Assembly (NCBI GenBank): GCA_963848635.1
Contig: CAWKEA010000005.1
Span: forward strand, 111,341-175,340
Origin: an uncultured bacterium
GTDB taxonomy: Bacteria > Patescibacteriota > Minisyncoccia > Phycocordibacterales > PALSA-1337
Reading direction: 5' to 3'
Length of the DNA: 64,000 nucleotides
Position 1 is the stretch's first letter. Every line of letters begins with the position of its first letter. Shown piece after piece: positions 38,601 through 48,300 of the stretch. The notes under the pieces are model-generated. The model saw nothing but the letters and a program-made list of their open reading frames with translations, searched no databases and was not told where the DNA came from. The translations under genes and the position numbers were made by a program.

Positions 38601-39728
38601 TTATTGTCCTAAAAATGTGGTAATGCCTGTCTGATTCGTCGAACTGCCATTCGTGCCGGTCGTGAGCCAGCTGACGATAGTATACACCGAAACCCACGCA
38701 ATGAGCATGATACCGAAACCGATTCCAGCGGCCGTGAAGATGCCGTTCGCCTTGCTACGATTGCCCGGCGTGCCTAATATGTAGAGAACCCCACCATAAG
38801 CGAATAGGACGATCGCTATAGGGATGGCTATGGCGAAAAGCCAATTGACAATAGTACGGCCCTCGATCAAGAGCTCGCTAAAATCACAGGTAGGAAGGCT
38901 ATTGTCCGTATTGTTCGGATTCGAAAGGTCGGTCGCGCCCTTGCATTTGACGAGACCCGTAGGGCCGGTGGCATTTGTGTTCGTGTTCGTGTTTGTGTTC
39001 GCCGATGCTGAAGTATTCGCAGTTCCATTCGTGTTTCCAGAAGTTGAAGGACCTGTGCCGACATTCACAGTAGGAGCGTTGACGATATTTTGGCCGCAAA
39101 AACCTGTGTTTGGGTTATAGGTATAGCCTGACTGGCAGTTTGTAGTGCTGTTCATAGGTAGAGCGCAATATCCAAGAACTGAATTATAGACATAGCCATA
39201 GGAGCAACTATTGTTGCTGGTATTTGAATTTGAAGAAGAAGTGCTTGGGGCAGGGACTATAGTCAAGAGGACCGGAGAATCAGTGACATACGTTTCGAGC
39301 GACGGATTATCGGTCGTATAGTCCAAGATAAGCCCATATGTTCCCTGGTGAGATCCGATACTGCTCGGGTTGATCGCATAGGTCGTAGTGGCTCCGGTCG
39401 TCGGAACTCTCTGGAGAAGGAGCGTGCCGGTAGCGAATGTCGACGGATCGGCCAAATATATCTCAATAGAAGGGTTAGACTGATTTGAAAACGAGGGCAA
39501 GGATCCGACCAGGACATAGCCGCTCTGCCCTATCTGCCATGTCGCCGAATTGTTATTGGTGCCGGTGCCATCGTAGTTGAGCGGATAGAACGGCACCTCT
39601 TGCGCACTGCTCTGGGCGATGTTCTGCGCATAAGCAGTCGACGCGACAGGCGCAGTGGAGATGGCGACGAGCGCAATTGCCGCGACAATGAAATAGCTTG
39701 CTAGAGAGATTTTTCTGATATGTTTCAT
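38601..39728 (-). CDS. Large S/T/N-rich, Cys-containing extracellular protein with the same C-terminal two-TM hairpin (paralog P5); contains an (NT)n repeat
   Basis: Signal peptide, low-complexity ectodomain, C-terminal ..NWLFAIAIPIAIVLFAYGGVLYILGTPGNRSKANGIFTAAGIGFGIMLIAWVSV. Confidence 0.6.
   Translation of the reverse strand: MKHIRKISLASYFIVAAIALVAISTAPVASTAYAQNIAQSSAQEVPFYPLNYDGTGTNNNSATWQIGQSGYVLVGSLPSFSNQSNPSIEIYLADPSTFATGTLLLQRVPTTGATTTYAINPSSIGSHQGTYGLILDYTTDNPSLETYVTDSPVLLTIVPAPSTSSSNSNTSNNSCSYGYVYNSVLGYCALPMNSTTNCQSGYTYNPNTGFCGQNIVNAPTVNVGTGPSTSGNTNGTANTSASANTNTNTNTNATGPTGLVKCKGATDLSNPNNTDNSLPTCDFSELLIEGRTIVNWLFAIAIPIAIVLFAYGGVLYILGTPGNRSKANGIFTAAGIGFGIMLIAWVSVYTIVSWLTTGTNGSSTNQTGITTFLGQ
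38974..39000. repeat. Hexanucleotide microsatellite (ttYgtg) x4-5 inside P5, encoding NTNTNTNTN
   Basis: gcatttgtgttcgtgttcgtgtttgtgttcgcc read directly. Confidence 0.7.
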
Positions 39729-41017
39729 TGGCTTTGCAATGACAGATTATATTGGCCGTCAGCGTCCTGTATCGCTTGATGGACGCTTTTTGATCCGCTT
39801 GTCACCGATTCTACCATAGCTTCAAATATAGCACTCGACTGCGTCGGGTCAATGTCAGCCCACGATCTCGTTATCAATGCGGCATTATAAAAGATAGACA
39901 GATACGGATCGGTCGTACCGGCGGCTATCAGATCGCGGCGCGCGGGCGGCAGATATGTCAAGCTGACGAGCATCGAGAGATTCGAAGGGTCCGTGAGGAC
40001 CTGAATGACGTTATACGTGTTCGTCGGGTTGCTCGAGCTCTTGACGATGGACAAGCCGTATATCGTTCCGTATTCGGTCCTTATGGAACCGTTTTTGACC
40101 TGCGGCAAAGGCGCGGCATCGAAATTGATGTTCGGATTCTTGTTCCGCAGTTGGTTTATCTCCGAGGCGAATCCAAAATAGACAGCCAGATTGCCAGAGA
40201 GGAAATCAGTGTCTGCGGAAGGCAGAGCGCGATTCCATGAATAGTCGGGCGACGTAGGATCGGTGAATTGAGTGAAGAAATCCAATACTTGCGTCGTCGA
40301 ATCCTCGCCTTGAAACGCCGAGCTGTTGCCAAGCGCGCTCGAAATACCGCCAGAAGCGGAAACCGTCACTGGATTGCCGAGCTGAAGCAAAAGACTGCCT
40401 AATATCTCGCGGGCATGCGGAATGTTCGCGAATTCGCCCAGTGCGACGAGGCTTTTCTGTATATTGCTATTCGAGTCTTTTACCGTTAGCTGAGAGACAA
40501 GCCCTGGAAATTGATCCCAGTATTGAGGATAGGTCGCTTGACCGGCATTCGTGAATGAGTCTTTGTTCCAGTACATGACCAAAGGATCGATGAGAATAGG
40601 CAATCCGAGAACGCCTTGAGCGCCGAGATACAATTGCGTCCCGCCGACATACGTATCCATGAACGTCCTCTGTGAAAGGACGTTGTAAGGTATCGGGACT
40701 ATCTTGCCGGCATAGCGTGAAAGGAGGTCTTGCGGAAGGAGAACAGCATCAGGGCCTGAACCAGAAGCCAAAGCATTGATGAACTCCGTATTGAAGCTCG
40801 TCGGATCAACTTGAACGTAATTTATCTGGAGCTGTTGCGCGCGCGCCAGATTGATTTCTTGAACATATTTTTCGATCGCGGCGGCTGGCAAAGTCCCCCA
40901 TATCGTCACCGATGGCAATGTGGTGCTTTGACCGCCTTTGTAGGTGGCAAAGGCGACAGCGCCGCCGATGATAGCGACGATGAATAGTGCAAGGACGATG
41001 ATCTGGAATTTTGTCAT
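39725..41017 (-). CDS. ABC transporter extracellular solute-binding protein (family 1-like) with N-terminal TM anchor
   Basis: Anchor helix followed by a periplasmic-binding-protein-like sequence of about 400 aa. Confidence 0.6.
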   Translation of the reverse strand: MTKFQIIVLALFIVAIIGGAVAFATYKGGQSTTLPSVTIWGTLPAAAIEKYVQEINLARAQQLQINYVQVDPTSFNTEFINALASGSGPDAVLLPQDLLSRYAGKIVPIPYNVLSQRTFMDTYVGGTQLYLGAQGVLGLPILIDPLVMYWNKDSFTNAGQATYPQYWDQFPGLVSQLTVKDSNSNIQKSLVALGEFANIPHAREILGSLLLQLGNPVTVSASGGISSALGNSSAFQGEDSTTQVLDFFTQFTDPTSPDYSWNRALPSADTDFLSGNLAVYFGFASEINQLRNKNPNINFDAAPLPQVKNGSIRTEYGTIYGLSIVKSSSNPTNTYNVIQVLTDPSNLSMLVSLTYLPPARRDLIAAGTTDPYLSIFYNAALITRSWADIDPTQSSAIFEAMVESVTSGSKSVHQAIQDADGQYNLSLQSQ

Positions 41018-41062
41018 AAAAAATTATAGGATAGGATTTATTTTCTTCATGGCAAGCGTCTT

Positions 41063-41590
41063 TTATTGATTTCTGACAAAAACCAGCCCGTAATGATGGT
41101 CTCCTGCTGTAAATGTCTTTTCCAAGGCAAACCCGCTTTTATTGAAAAGATCTTCAGCGACACTGCGAGCAAGACAGTTCTTTGGGCTCAAGGGACTGCC
41201 CGGCAACCAATCAACCACAAGGAGCTTTCCGCTGGGTTTGAGGATGCGCTTTATCTCGAGAGCAAGATTGTCCCGATCTTTCTGCTCTATCTGGAAGAGC
41301 GTATTCGCGAGAACCGCCCTGTCGACCAATCCTTCGCGGAGCTTTGTGCCGCCGATCGTGTCGATCGAGCCCCATATGGCCTCAATATTATGAACTTTCC
41401 CGGCTGAAGCGCTCGATTTGATCAAGCCGAGAAGGTCTTTTTGAACCTCGACGGCGTAGACCCGGCCGCTCGTTCCGACGCGTCGCCCGGCGGCGATCGA
41501 ATAGTACCCCGCTCCGGCGCCCAAGTCGGCTATTTTCATCCCTTCGACAAGCCCAAGCTGTGCCAGATTTTTGTCAGGATCGGAGAACAT
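41063..41590 (-). CDS. Class I SAM-dependent methyltransferase
   Basis: Motif I ADLGAGAGYYS; acidic motif II VYAVEV. Confidence 0.8.
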   Translation of the reverse strand: MFSDPDKNLAQLGLVEGMKIADLGAGAGYYSIAAGRRVGTSGRVYAVEVQKDLLGLIKSSASAGKVHNIEAIWGSIDTIGGTKLREGLVDRAVLANTLFQIEQKDRDNLALEIKRILKPSGKLLVVDWLPGSPLSPKNCLARSVAEDLFNKSGFALEKTFTAGDHHYGLVFVRNQ

Positions 41591-41764
41591 AGGTGCATTA
41601 TAGCGCGTAATGGCGACAAATGTGCGCTCGTTTGGGGATAATTTTGCGAGAGGATACTATAAATAACGCCCTATGACCGAGACAATATCTCATCGATATT
41701 TTTTGAATAAATTGCAAGTATAAAAATTTTTGTTTTTGAGCCGTCTCGTGGGACGCTTGACTTG

Positions 41765-41783
41765 GCGGGCGATCGAGGAATCG
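41765..41783 (-). repeat. 19-nt direct duplicate of the tRNA-Trp 3' end (T-loop 3' part, T-stem, acceptor 3' strand)
   Basis: gcgggcgatcgaggaatcg is identical to 41935-41953 inside the tRNA gene. Confidence 0.8.
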
Positions 41784-41893
41784 GTCACAGGTCTCGCCGA
41801 CATGCGGCTCGCCTGCGACCCCGCCTCCTTTGCCGCGGTTCGCTACGCTCACATCGCGGCTTCAGTCCGGCTTTCTCATCCTCTCGTCTGCAG

Positions 41894-41933
41894 AAATCAA
41901 AACAGCACAGCAGAAGCCGTACTGTTTTGATTT
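41894..41933 (-). terminator. Strong hairpin terminator immediately 3' of tRNA-Trp
   Basis: aaatcaaaacag N16 ctgttttgattt: 12-bp perfect inverted repeat. Confidence 0.7.
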
Positions 41934-41935
41934 TG

Positions 41936-42006
41936 CGGGCGATCGAGGAATCGAACCTCGGAATGCGGTTTTGGAGACCGCCGGTATGCCACTTACCTAA
42001 TCGCCC
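41936..42006 (-). tRNA. tRNA-Trp (anticodon CCA)
   Basis: GGGCGAT acceptor, D-arm GGTA/TACC, anticodon stem GCGGT/ACCGC with loop CTCCAAA, T-arm CGAGG TTCGATT CCTCG, acceptor ATCGCCC, discriminator G. Confidence 0.85.
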
Positions 42007-42102
42007 ATTGTTTAGACCCTTAAACGAAAAAGAGAGCAGTTCAATACTACCCTCTTTTTCCCGGCGATGCAAAATGCCTTATTGCTTCGACAAGCGGCTT
42101 CT

Positions 42103-42258
42103 TTATTTCTTGGCCTCTTTGAAGACGACGTGCTTGCGCAGTTTCTTGCTGTATTTCTTGAGCTCGATCTTCTTTTCAACTTTCTTCTTGTTCTTGCGCG
42201 ACCAATAGACCTCGCCGGTAGCCTTGTTCTTGAGCTGTATGAGTTGATTTTGTGACAT
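42103..42258 (-). CDS. rpmG: 50S ribosomal protein L33
   Basis: 51-aa ORF MSQNQLIQLKNKATGEVYWSRKNKKKVEKKIELKKYSKKLRKHVVFKEAKK; below the ORF-track length cutoff. Confidence 0.7.
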   Translation of the reverse strand: MSQNQLIQLKNKATGEVYWSRKNKKKVEKKIELKKYSKKLRKHVVFKEAKK

Positions 42259-42367
42259 GATTATATTGAGACTTGTGCTAGCAATCTAACAAATAGAGCG
42301 CTTTTTGGCAAGTCTCACGAGGTCTCACGAGGTCGGACCTTGGTAAAAACATAGGTCGGACCTTGTA

Positions 42368-44107
42368 CTATTTGAAATACTCCGGCGTGTTCGCGTTCAT
42401 CCAATCGAGCGTATATCTCATGACCGCCGCGCCGCCAATCTCGTTCGCGATCGGCCCGCGCTCCATGACGACGGCAAAGGCATACTCCGGATTGTTATAG
42501 GGCCAAAAGCCCGTGATCCATGCGTTATCAGTGAGCTTCGTCGTGCCGAGTTCGGCTGTGCCTGATTTTGCGGCGATATCGACGTACGGAACGTTCAAAG
42601 CGCCGTCCGTGCCATTAGAGCTATCGACACCCTGACGAAGACCTTCACGAACGATCCTGAAATCTGCCGCTGGCAGATCGACATTGCGCAGAACGGTCGG
42701 AGCCGTATCGACGCCAATAGGAGCTGTGCCGAGCTTTAGTATGGTCGGATTAAGGAGATCTCCGCCGTTCGCGATGGCCGCCACGGCCCGGACCATCTGG
42801 ACGGGCGAGACTTGGAAGCCGTATTGACCGATGGCCGTATGATACGTATCGCCGATACGCCAGGTGCTATCATCAGGAAATGTCGCCGCTTTCCATGTGG
42901 GCGAAGGGACAAGGCCTGCCGCACCGCTGAAAAAGGAATCATCGATCGCCTGGCCAAAGCCGAACAAAGAAAAATATTGGTCGAGCTTTGTTATGCCGAG
43001 GCCTTTTTGGTTTTGGTAACCGCCGCCGACTTCATAGAAATAGACGTCGGAAGAGACAGAGAGTGCATCTTCCATATCCACCCAGCCTTGCGGCCTCCAG
43101 TCATGGAAGACGCTCGATTGGCTCGGATCATACGGATTTGGTATCGAGATAGAACCGGTCGAAAGGATCTTTGTCAATGGATCGATGACATGCTCGTTCA
43201 AAGCGCCCATCGCCACGTACGGCTTGACCGTAGATCCTGGAGCATAAAGCCCGTCTATGGCGCGATCGAGAAATGGGTTCTGAGGATCATTGAGAAAAGA
43301 ATCTATTGCTGATGCGTCAGTCTTGTCGGTCATGATCTGCGAATCATATTCGGGGTAGCTCGTCATGGCTATGACTTCGCCTGTATGGACATTCATGATG
43401 ATGCCGGAGCCGCCCTGAAAGCCATGGGCTGTCGCGACAGCTTCGATGTTTCGATAGAGATCATTCTGGACGCGTGAATCGATCGAAAGGGTCACATTCT
43501 GCCCGGCTATGGCGGGTCTGACGACATTTTGTGACTGCAGAGCGCCCCTTGCATCGACTTCGACGAGACGTAGTCCGTTCTCTCCTTGCAAGACATTGTT
43601 GAAGTATTTTTCCGCGCCGTCTTCCCCGGTAAAATCTTCCTGATAGTAAAACCCGGAGCTGTCTTTCGATGGGTATTGGATGTAGCCGAGGGTCTGCGAT
43701 AGACCCGTCGATGTGGCATATTCTCGCTGTGGCACGTCGGGGTCGCCTGCGGAGCCCGGCACATTCCAAGCTAGCTCGATGCCGTTCCTATCATAGATGA
43801 GGCCGCGCGTCGCGAACAACGGAGTCGAGTGGAGCGTGTTATCAACCGCTTCTGCAGCATAGACCGTCCCCTCGAATATCTGGAGGAACAATGCTCGACC
43901 AGCGAATAAAGCAAGGATGAGAGCCGTTATGCCGCCCAGTATGAAAAGATTGGCTGTCGAAATCGGCCTTTCCAATCGGCCTTCGAATTGATCGGTATCG
44001 AAATGCGGTATGTTCCTCGAGTCAGCCAAAATCTCCTCGGGAAATATCTCGCCGCGGTTATGCCTCTGCCTTTTGTTGAGCGAACGTCTTTTGATGAAGT
44101 TAATCAT
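42368..44107 (-). CDS. mrdA: Penicillin-binding protein 2 (MrdA-type class B transpeptidase)
   Basis: SxxK APGSTVKP, KSGT box KSGTAELG; start ATG 44107 overlaps the mreD stop (ATGA). Confidence 0.85.
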   Translation of the reverse strand: MINFIKRRSLNKRQRHNRGEIFPEEILADSRNIPHFDTDQFEGRLERPISTANLFILGGITALILALFAGRALFLQIFEGTVYAAEAVDNTLHSTPLFATRGLIYDRNGIELAWNVPGSAGDPDVPQREYATSTGLSQTLGYIQYPSKDSSGFYYQEDFTGEDGAEKYFNNVLQGENGLRLVEVDARGALQSQNVVRPAIAGQNVTLSIDSRVQNDLYRNIEAVATAHGFQGGSGIIMNVHTGEVIAMTSYPEYDSQIMTDKTDASAIDSFLNDPQNPFLDRAIDGLYAPGSTVKPYVAMGALNEHVIDPLTKILSTGSISIPNPYDPSQSSVFHDWRPQGWVDMEDALSVSSDVYFYEVGGGYQNQKGLGITKLDQYFSLFGFGQAIDDSFFSGAAGLVPSPTWKAATFPDDSTWRIGDTYHTAIGQYGFQVSPVQMVRAVAAIANGGDLLNPTILKLGTAPIGVDTAPTVLRNVDLPAADFRIVREGLRQGVDSSNGTDGALNVPYVDIAAKSGTAELGTTKLTDNAWITGFWPYNNPEYAFAVVMERGPIANEIGGAAVMRYTLDWMNANTPEYFK

Positions 44108-44355
44108 ATTCTCGTCTTCTCTTTTACTATCTCGATCGCGATAAAGAGGATAAGGGAGGTAATTATACCGTACATCGAGTGAAGCCCATACAGCGAATCG
44201 AACGCAAGCCCCCAGATGACGATCTCGTAATACGGAGCGAAAATACAGGCGCATGCGACCGCAAGGATGATCACGGACCATGAGGACGACCATGCGATCA
44301 AAAAGACCATGAGAACATCCGCCGCTAGTCTTCCGATGAGTGCATATTTATTCAT
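44104..44355 (-). CDS. mreD: Rod shape-determining protein MreD
   Basis: 83-aa polytopic membrane protein between mreC and PBP2. Confidence 0.65.
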   Translation of the reverse strand: MNKYALIGRLAADVLMVFLIAWSSSWSVIILAVACACIFAPYYEIVIWGLAFDSLYGLHSMYGIITSLILFIAIEIVKEKTRI

Positions 44356-44371
44356 ATTTGTCTCTTTGAGG

Positions 44372-45247
44372 TCAGCGGCCTTTCGGAGAAGTCGGAGAAG
44401 TCGTAGAAGTCGACGAGGCGGTCATGACAGAACCGGAAAAAGGCTTGGGCCGTGGAACATTCGTCCCGACGAGCATAAAAAGCGATTGATACGGATTTAT
44501 GCCTTCGCTGAATAATATCCTTTCAAAGGGCTGTTCGGGATTTGAAATGACAGCGTCGACAGCGCCAAACGGCGAAGAAGAAACTGCCGGGATGATCACC
44601 TCGTCACCCATGGATACGCCCGATTCACGGGAGACCGATGCGGAAAAGAATCCGCCGCCTTGCCCGGCCGCCGTCGCCGGTACATGGGCTGAACCGACAA
44701 GGACATCGTAGCTCGTTCCCGGCGAGGAATAAAGCTCGGCCTTTGAAGAATGTGCATCGGCTTCGACGATCTGACCGACGGGGATAGATCCTACAGAATA
44801 TACCGAATCGCCAATTGACACGCCAAGAGTCGAACCGATATCCAAGATGAGATAATCGTAGCCAGAGCCCGGAGGTCTGCGCAGGACATCGGCCAGAACA
44901 AGATCGTTCGTACCGCCAGACCGGCCGAGGAGAGACCTCAGTTCATTTACCTCGTCCAACAAGGCTTTCGAGCTTGATGCTGTGGCTTGGTCCTGTGCAA
45001 GCTGTTCCTGAAGAGCCTGATTCTCTTGCTCTAATTGCGTCTCCGATGTCATGCCGGAAACAGCGGAATCTTTGCCTGACCACAACGGCAAAAAAAGATG
45101 CGAGAAAGCCGAAGAAAGCGTGCGAGGAGATGCTAATTGGATGATCAGAACGATAAGGACGAAGGCAACGGCAAAAGCGATCGGCCGAGAGATCATCCGG
45201 CCGCTCTTCTGCCGACGTGAAAAATTATTTTGGTCGCGCGATCTCAT
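44372..45247 (-). CDS. mreC: Rod shape-determining protein MreC
   Basis: N-terminal TM, coiled coil (QLEQENQALQEQLAQ), beta-rich C-terminal domain; directly downstream of mreB. Confidence 0.8.
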   Translation of the reverse strand: MRSRDQNNFSRRQKSGRMISRPIAFAVAFVLIVLIIQLASPRTLSSAFSHLFLPLWSGKDSAVSGMTSETQLEQENQALQEQLAQDQATASSSKALLDEVNELRSLLGRSGGTNDLVLADVLRRPPGSGYDYLILDIGSTLGVSIGDSVYSVGSIPVGQIVEADAHSSKAELYSSPGTSYDVLVGSAHVPATAAGQGGGFFSASVSRESGVSMGDEVIIPAVSSSPFGAVDAVISNPEQPFERILFSEGINPYQSLFMLVGTNVPRPKPFSGSVMTASSTSTTSPTSPKGR

Positions 45248-46283
45248 CTTCGTTTTGTATGAGGACGTCTTTGTATTTGTCGAGATCCTCGAGGATTATG
45301 CCCGTGCCGCGCGCGATGGCCGTCAATGGGTCGTCAGCGATATGGACGGGGATCTGCAGAGTGTGCGCGATGAGCTCATCAAGTCCTTTTATGAGCGCGC
45401 CGCCGCCGACAAGATATGCTCCGCGGCGCATGACATCGGACAGAATCTCCGGCGGAGTCGTTTCCAGGACTTCTTGGGCCGCCTGCACGAGCACGTCAAT
45501 GCTCGCGCCCATGGCTTCTCGTATATCAGAATCAGTGATGACGACCTCCCGCGGCAAACCAGTGATGAGATCACGACCGCGAATGGGGATCTCGAGCGCC
45601 TCCTTTGGGACGACGGCGCCGACGGCGATCTTTATCTCTTCTGCTGTCTTTTCGCCGATGAGGATCTTGAATTCGTTCCGTATATAGGAAATGATGTCGG
45701 TATTGAGCTTGTCTCCGGCGATCTTGATGTTCTTTGAACGGACGATGCCGCCGAGCGAGATGACGGCAATGTCGGTGGTGCCGCCTCCGATATCGATGAC
45801 CATAGAACCGATAGGCTCATGTATAGGAAGGCGTATGCCGATGGCGCCAGCCATAGGCTCTTCGACGATATAGACTTCACGTGCGCCCGCATTCCTCGTG
45901 GCGTCGCGGACGGCGCGGACCTCGACGTTCGTCACGCCCGAGGGAACTCCAACGACGACGCGCGGGCCGAGCGTTTTCTTTGAGAATTCTTCTGCCTTGC
46001 GCACGAGATACGAGATCATCTCTTCAGTTATCTCGAAATCAGAGATGACGCCGTCGACCAAGGGACGGACCGCTTTTATATGCGCCGGAGTGCGGCCGAG
46101 CATGTCTTTTGCTTCCCTGCCTACGGCTACGACACGGCCGGTCTTTTCATTGACGGCGACGACCGAAGGCTCATTGACGACGATTCCATGGCCCGCCAAA
46201 TACACGAGGGTATTGGCAGTGCCGAGGTCTATGCCTATATCATTGGAAAAACGGCCGTATATTTTTTGAAGGAAATCATTCAT
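45225..46283 (-). CDS. mreB: Rod shape-determining protein MreB (paralog 2, head of the mreBCD-mrdA operon)
   Basis: IGIDLGTANTLVYL, DIGGGTTDIAVISLGG; start MNDFLQKIYG at 46283. Confidence 0.9.
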   Translation of the reverse strand: MNDFLQKIYGRFSNDIGIDLGTANTLVYLAGHGIVVNEPSVVAVNEKTGRVVAVGREAKDMLGRTPAHIKAVRPLVDGVISDFEITEEMISYLVRKAEEFSKKTLGPRVVVGVPSGVTNVEVRAVRDATRNAGAREVYIVEEPMAGAIGIRLPIHEPIGSMVIDIGGGTTDIAVISLGGIVRSKNIKIAGDKLNTDIISYIRNEFKILIGEKTAEEIKIAVGAVVPKEALEIPIRGRDLITGLPREVVITDSDIREAMGASIDVLVQAAQEVLETTPPEILSDVMRRGAYLVGGGALIKGLDELIAHTLQIPVHIADDPLTAIARGTGIILEDLDKYKDVLIQNEDEIARPK

Positions 46284-46371
46284 GAGTGAAAGGTAGCTGT
46301 ATCCTATCACCAGTCCTGAAAATGGCAAATTTTCGATGCGTTCACAGCCGGCAATCATGCACGCCGACCCG

Positions 46372-46968
46372 TTATCCTGCATTAAAAACGCTCATGGCCT
46401 TTTCTCGGCCTTCCTTTACGATCATCTCGATCGCCTCGGAGGATTTTTTTGCCGCTTTTTTGATCTCCTTGATCTCATCGTCTTTGTATTTTCCTAGAAT
46501 GAATTTGAGGACCTTTTCATCGCCGTGCGGGACTTTGGCGTTTCCCTTGGCGTTTTCGGCGGCCGTGCCGATGCGGATGCGGATGAAGCCTTCGGTCCCG
46601 AGCGCTTTGATGATAGATTCGAGGCCGTTATGTCCGCCAGAGCTTCTGTTGAAAGAGATCTTGATGCGGCCGATCGGCAGTTGGAAATCATCATATATGA
46701 CGACCAGCTTTTCGGCCGATTTCTTGCTTTTGACGAGACGGGCGAGAGCCGAACCGCTCTTGTTCATGAATGTCTCCGGCTCGACGAATATGATCTTTTC
46801 CTTGCCGATCTTTCCGTTTGAGACGAGCGCATTGACTTTCTTGTCAAAAGAAAGCTCGTCGGCATCAAACTGCTCCCGAACAGCGTCAAGGACGATACGG
46901 CCCGTATTGTGCCGCGTCATCTCATATTCTTCTCCAGGATTTCCGAGGCCTGCGATTATGTATGGCAT
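46372..46968 (-). CDS. pth: Peptidyl-tRNA hydrolase
   Basis: MPYIIAGLGNPGEEYEMTRHNTG N-terminal signature with catalytic His. Confidence 0.9.
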   Translation of the reverse strand: MPYIIAGLGNPGEEYEMTRHNTGRIVLDAVREQFDADELSFDKKVNALVSNGKIGKEKIIFVEPETFMNKSGSALARLVKSKKSAEKLVVIYDDFQLPIGRIKISFNRSSGGHNGLESIIKALGTEGFIRIRIGTAAENAKGNAKVPHGDEKVLKFILGKYKDDEIKEIKKAAKKSSEAIEMIVKEGREKAMSVFNAG

Positions 46969-47073
46969 AGTATGGTACAAGTATAAAATCGAACGGCCGT
47001 AAAGTCAAAAGCGCCTTTCCGGCGCCTTGAGCAAAGATCGGCAAAGGGTCTCCCTTGCGCTTCTTTTAAATTT

Positions 47074-48205
47074 TTAAACCGTGGCTTTTTCTCCGGCGAC
47101 GCGATAGCGGTTGTCTTTGTCTTTCTTGAAATATTTCGAGTTCTGGAGATTGACGGCAATAGTGTTCTCCTTGACATAGCGCTCCTTCAAGACTTTTGTG
47201 ATGATCTCGTCTTTGGTGAGCGGGCCGTTCTTTTCGATGATCTTTCTGATGACGTCCTTTACGACGCCCGACATATAGCCCCATTCTGACAGAGCATAGA
47301 GGCCGCGGCCGACGAGGACGAAACGAGGGTCTTTGATGAGCTCGTTATGAGTCGTGGCGACATGAGCCTTTTTCTTGAAAATTTTTGTGATCTGGTTGGC
47401 GACTTCGCGGAAATGTATCGGCGAACCGTGCTTTCGGATGACGAGGAACGCGTAATCTCGCACGCCCTTGGTCTTTATGTTCGGAGAATGAGCGACGCCC
47501 CATTCGCCGAGAGCGTTCTTGCCGATCTTCTTTGAGAGGTTGAGCCAGCGCTTGATGATCTCCTGATTCTTGTATTTTTCCGAAACATCGCCGAGGTGCT
47601 CGATGAATTTGTTCACCATCTCCGATTCAGGGAGGAGGTCGTCGTTCGAGAGACTGCCATAGAGCTTCTTGAGCGATCCCTCGACGTCTCCGGCGAGCTT
47701 CTCGTCGACATGCCAACGATGATGGAATTCATCGTCTTCCTTGCGCTTGCGGAAAGCCGTCGCCAAGGACAAGGAGAAAATACACATGGTTCTGAAGGCT
47801 CTGGTCTTTTGAGGCCGAGCCCAAAAAATCGTCTTCGACGACGATGCCGCCGAGCGAACGGAGCAGGTCTTCGAGCTCGATGAACGTCTTGGACTCGCTC
47901 TTGTAGGCGTCTGATTTGCGCACAACGTCGAGAGCGTAGTTCTCTATCTGACGGACGCGCTCGCGAGTGATGCCGTATTTTTTGCCGATAGCGTCGAGCG
48001 TCAGCTTGTCAGTCGACTTGCCGAGGCCGAAGCGTCCGACGACGACATCCCGTGCGCGGTCAGGCAGAGCCGCCAGAAGCTTCTTGACTACGATTTTCGG
48101 CTTGAACGTTGTGTTTGATGATGGCATGGATAAAAATGGGTAAATATGCGCTTGGCTTATTTGATAAGTAGTATATGTTCTATCATCTCCTTGTATGAAA
48201 GTCAA
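47074..48205 (-). pseudogene. Protein with N-terminal sigma-70 region-4-like HTH and an uncharacterised C-terminal domain; reading frame switches around 47800
   Basis: LTLDAIGKKYGITRERVRQIENYAL in the 47729-48205 frame; the protein-like sequence continues in the overlapping 47074-47925 frame. Confidence 0.45.
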
Positions 48206-48300
48206 TTCTTTGGGCTAATGATGATTTTGTTGAACTATAAATATACATTAACCTAATTACAATGTCAATCGAATAGCCCGTCGATTCCTGTCGGGAGCGG

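Noticed and set aside
41784-41934. The 150-bp segment between the tRNA-Trp 3' end and its duplicate read as a tRNA intron or a second tRNA
   Set aside because: The intact tRNA-Trp lies entirely upstream at 41936-42006 with a normal anticodon loop. The duplicate carries only the last 19 nt and no 5' half or cloverleaf. The segment holds a terminator hairpin instead.
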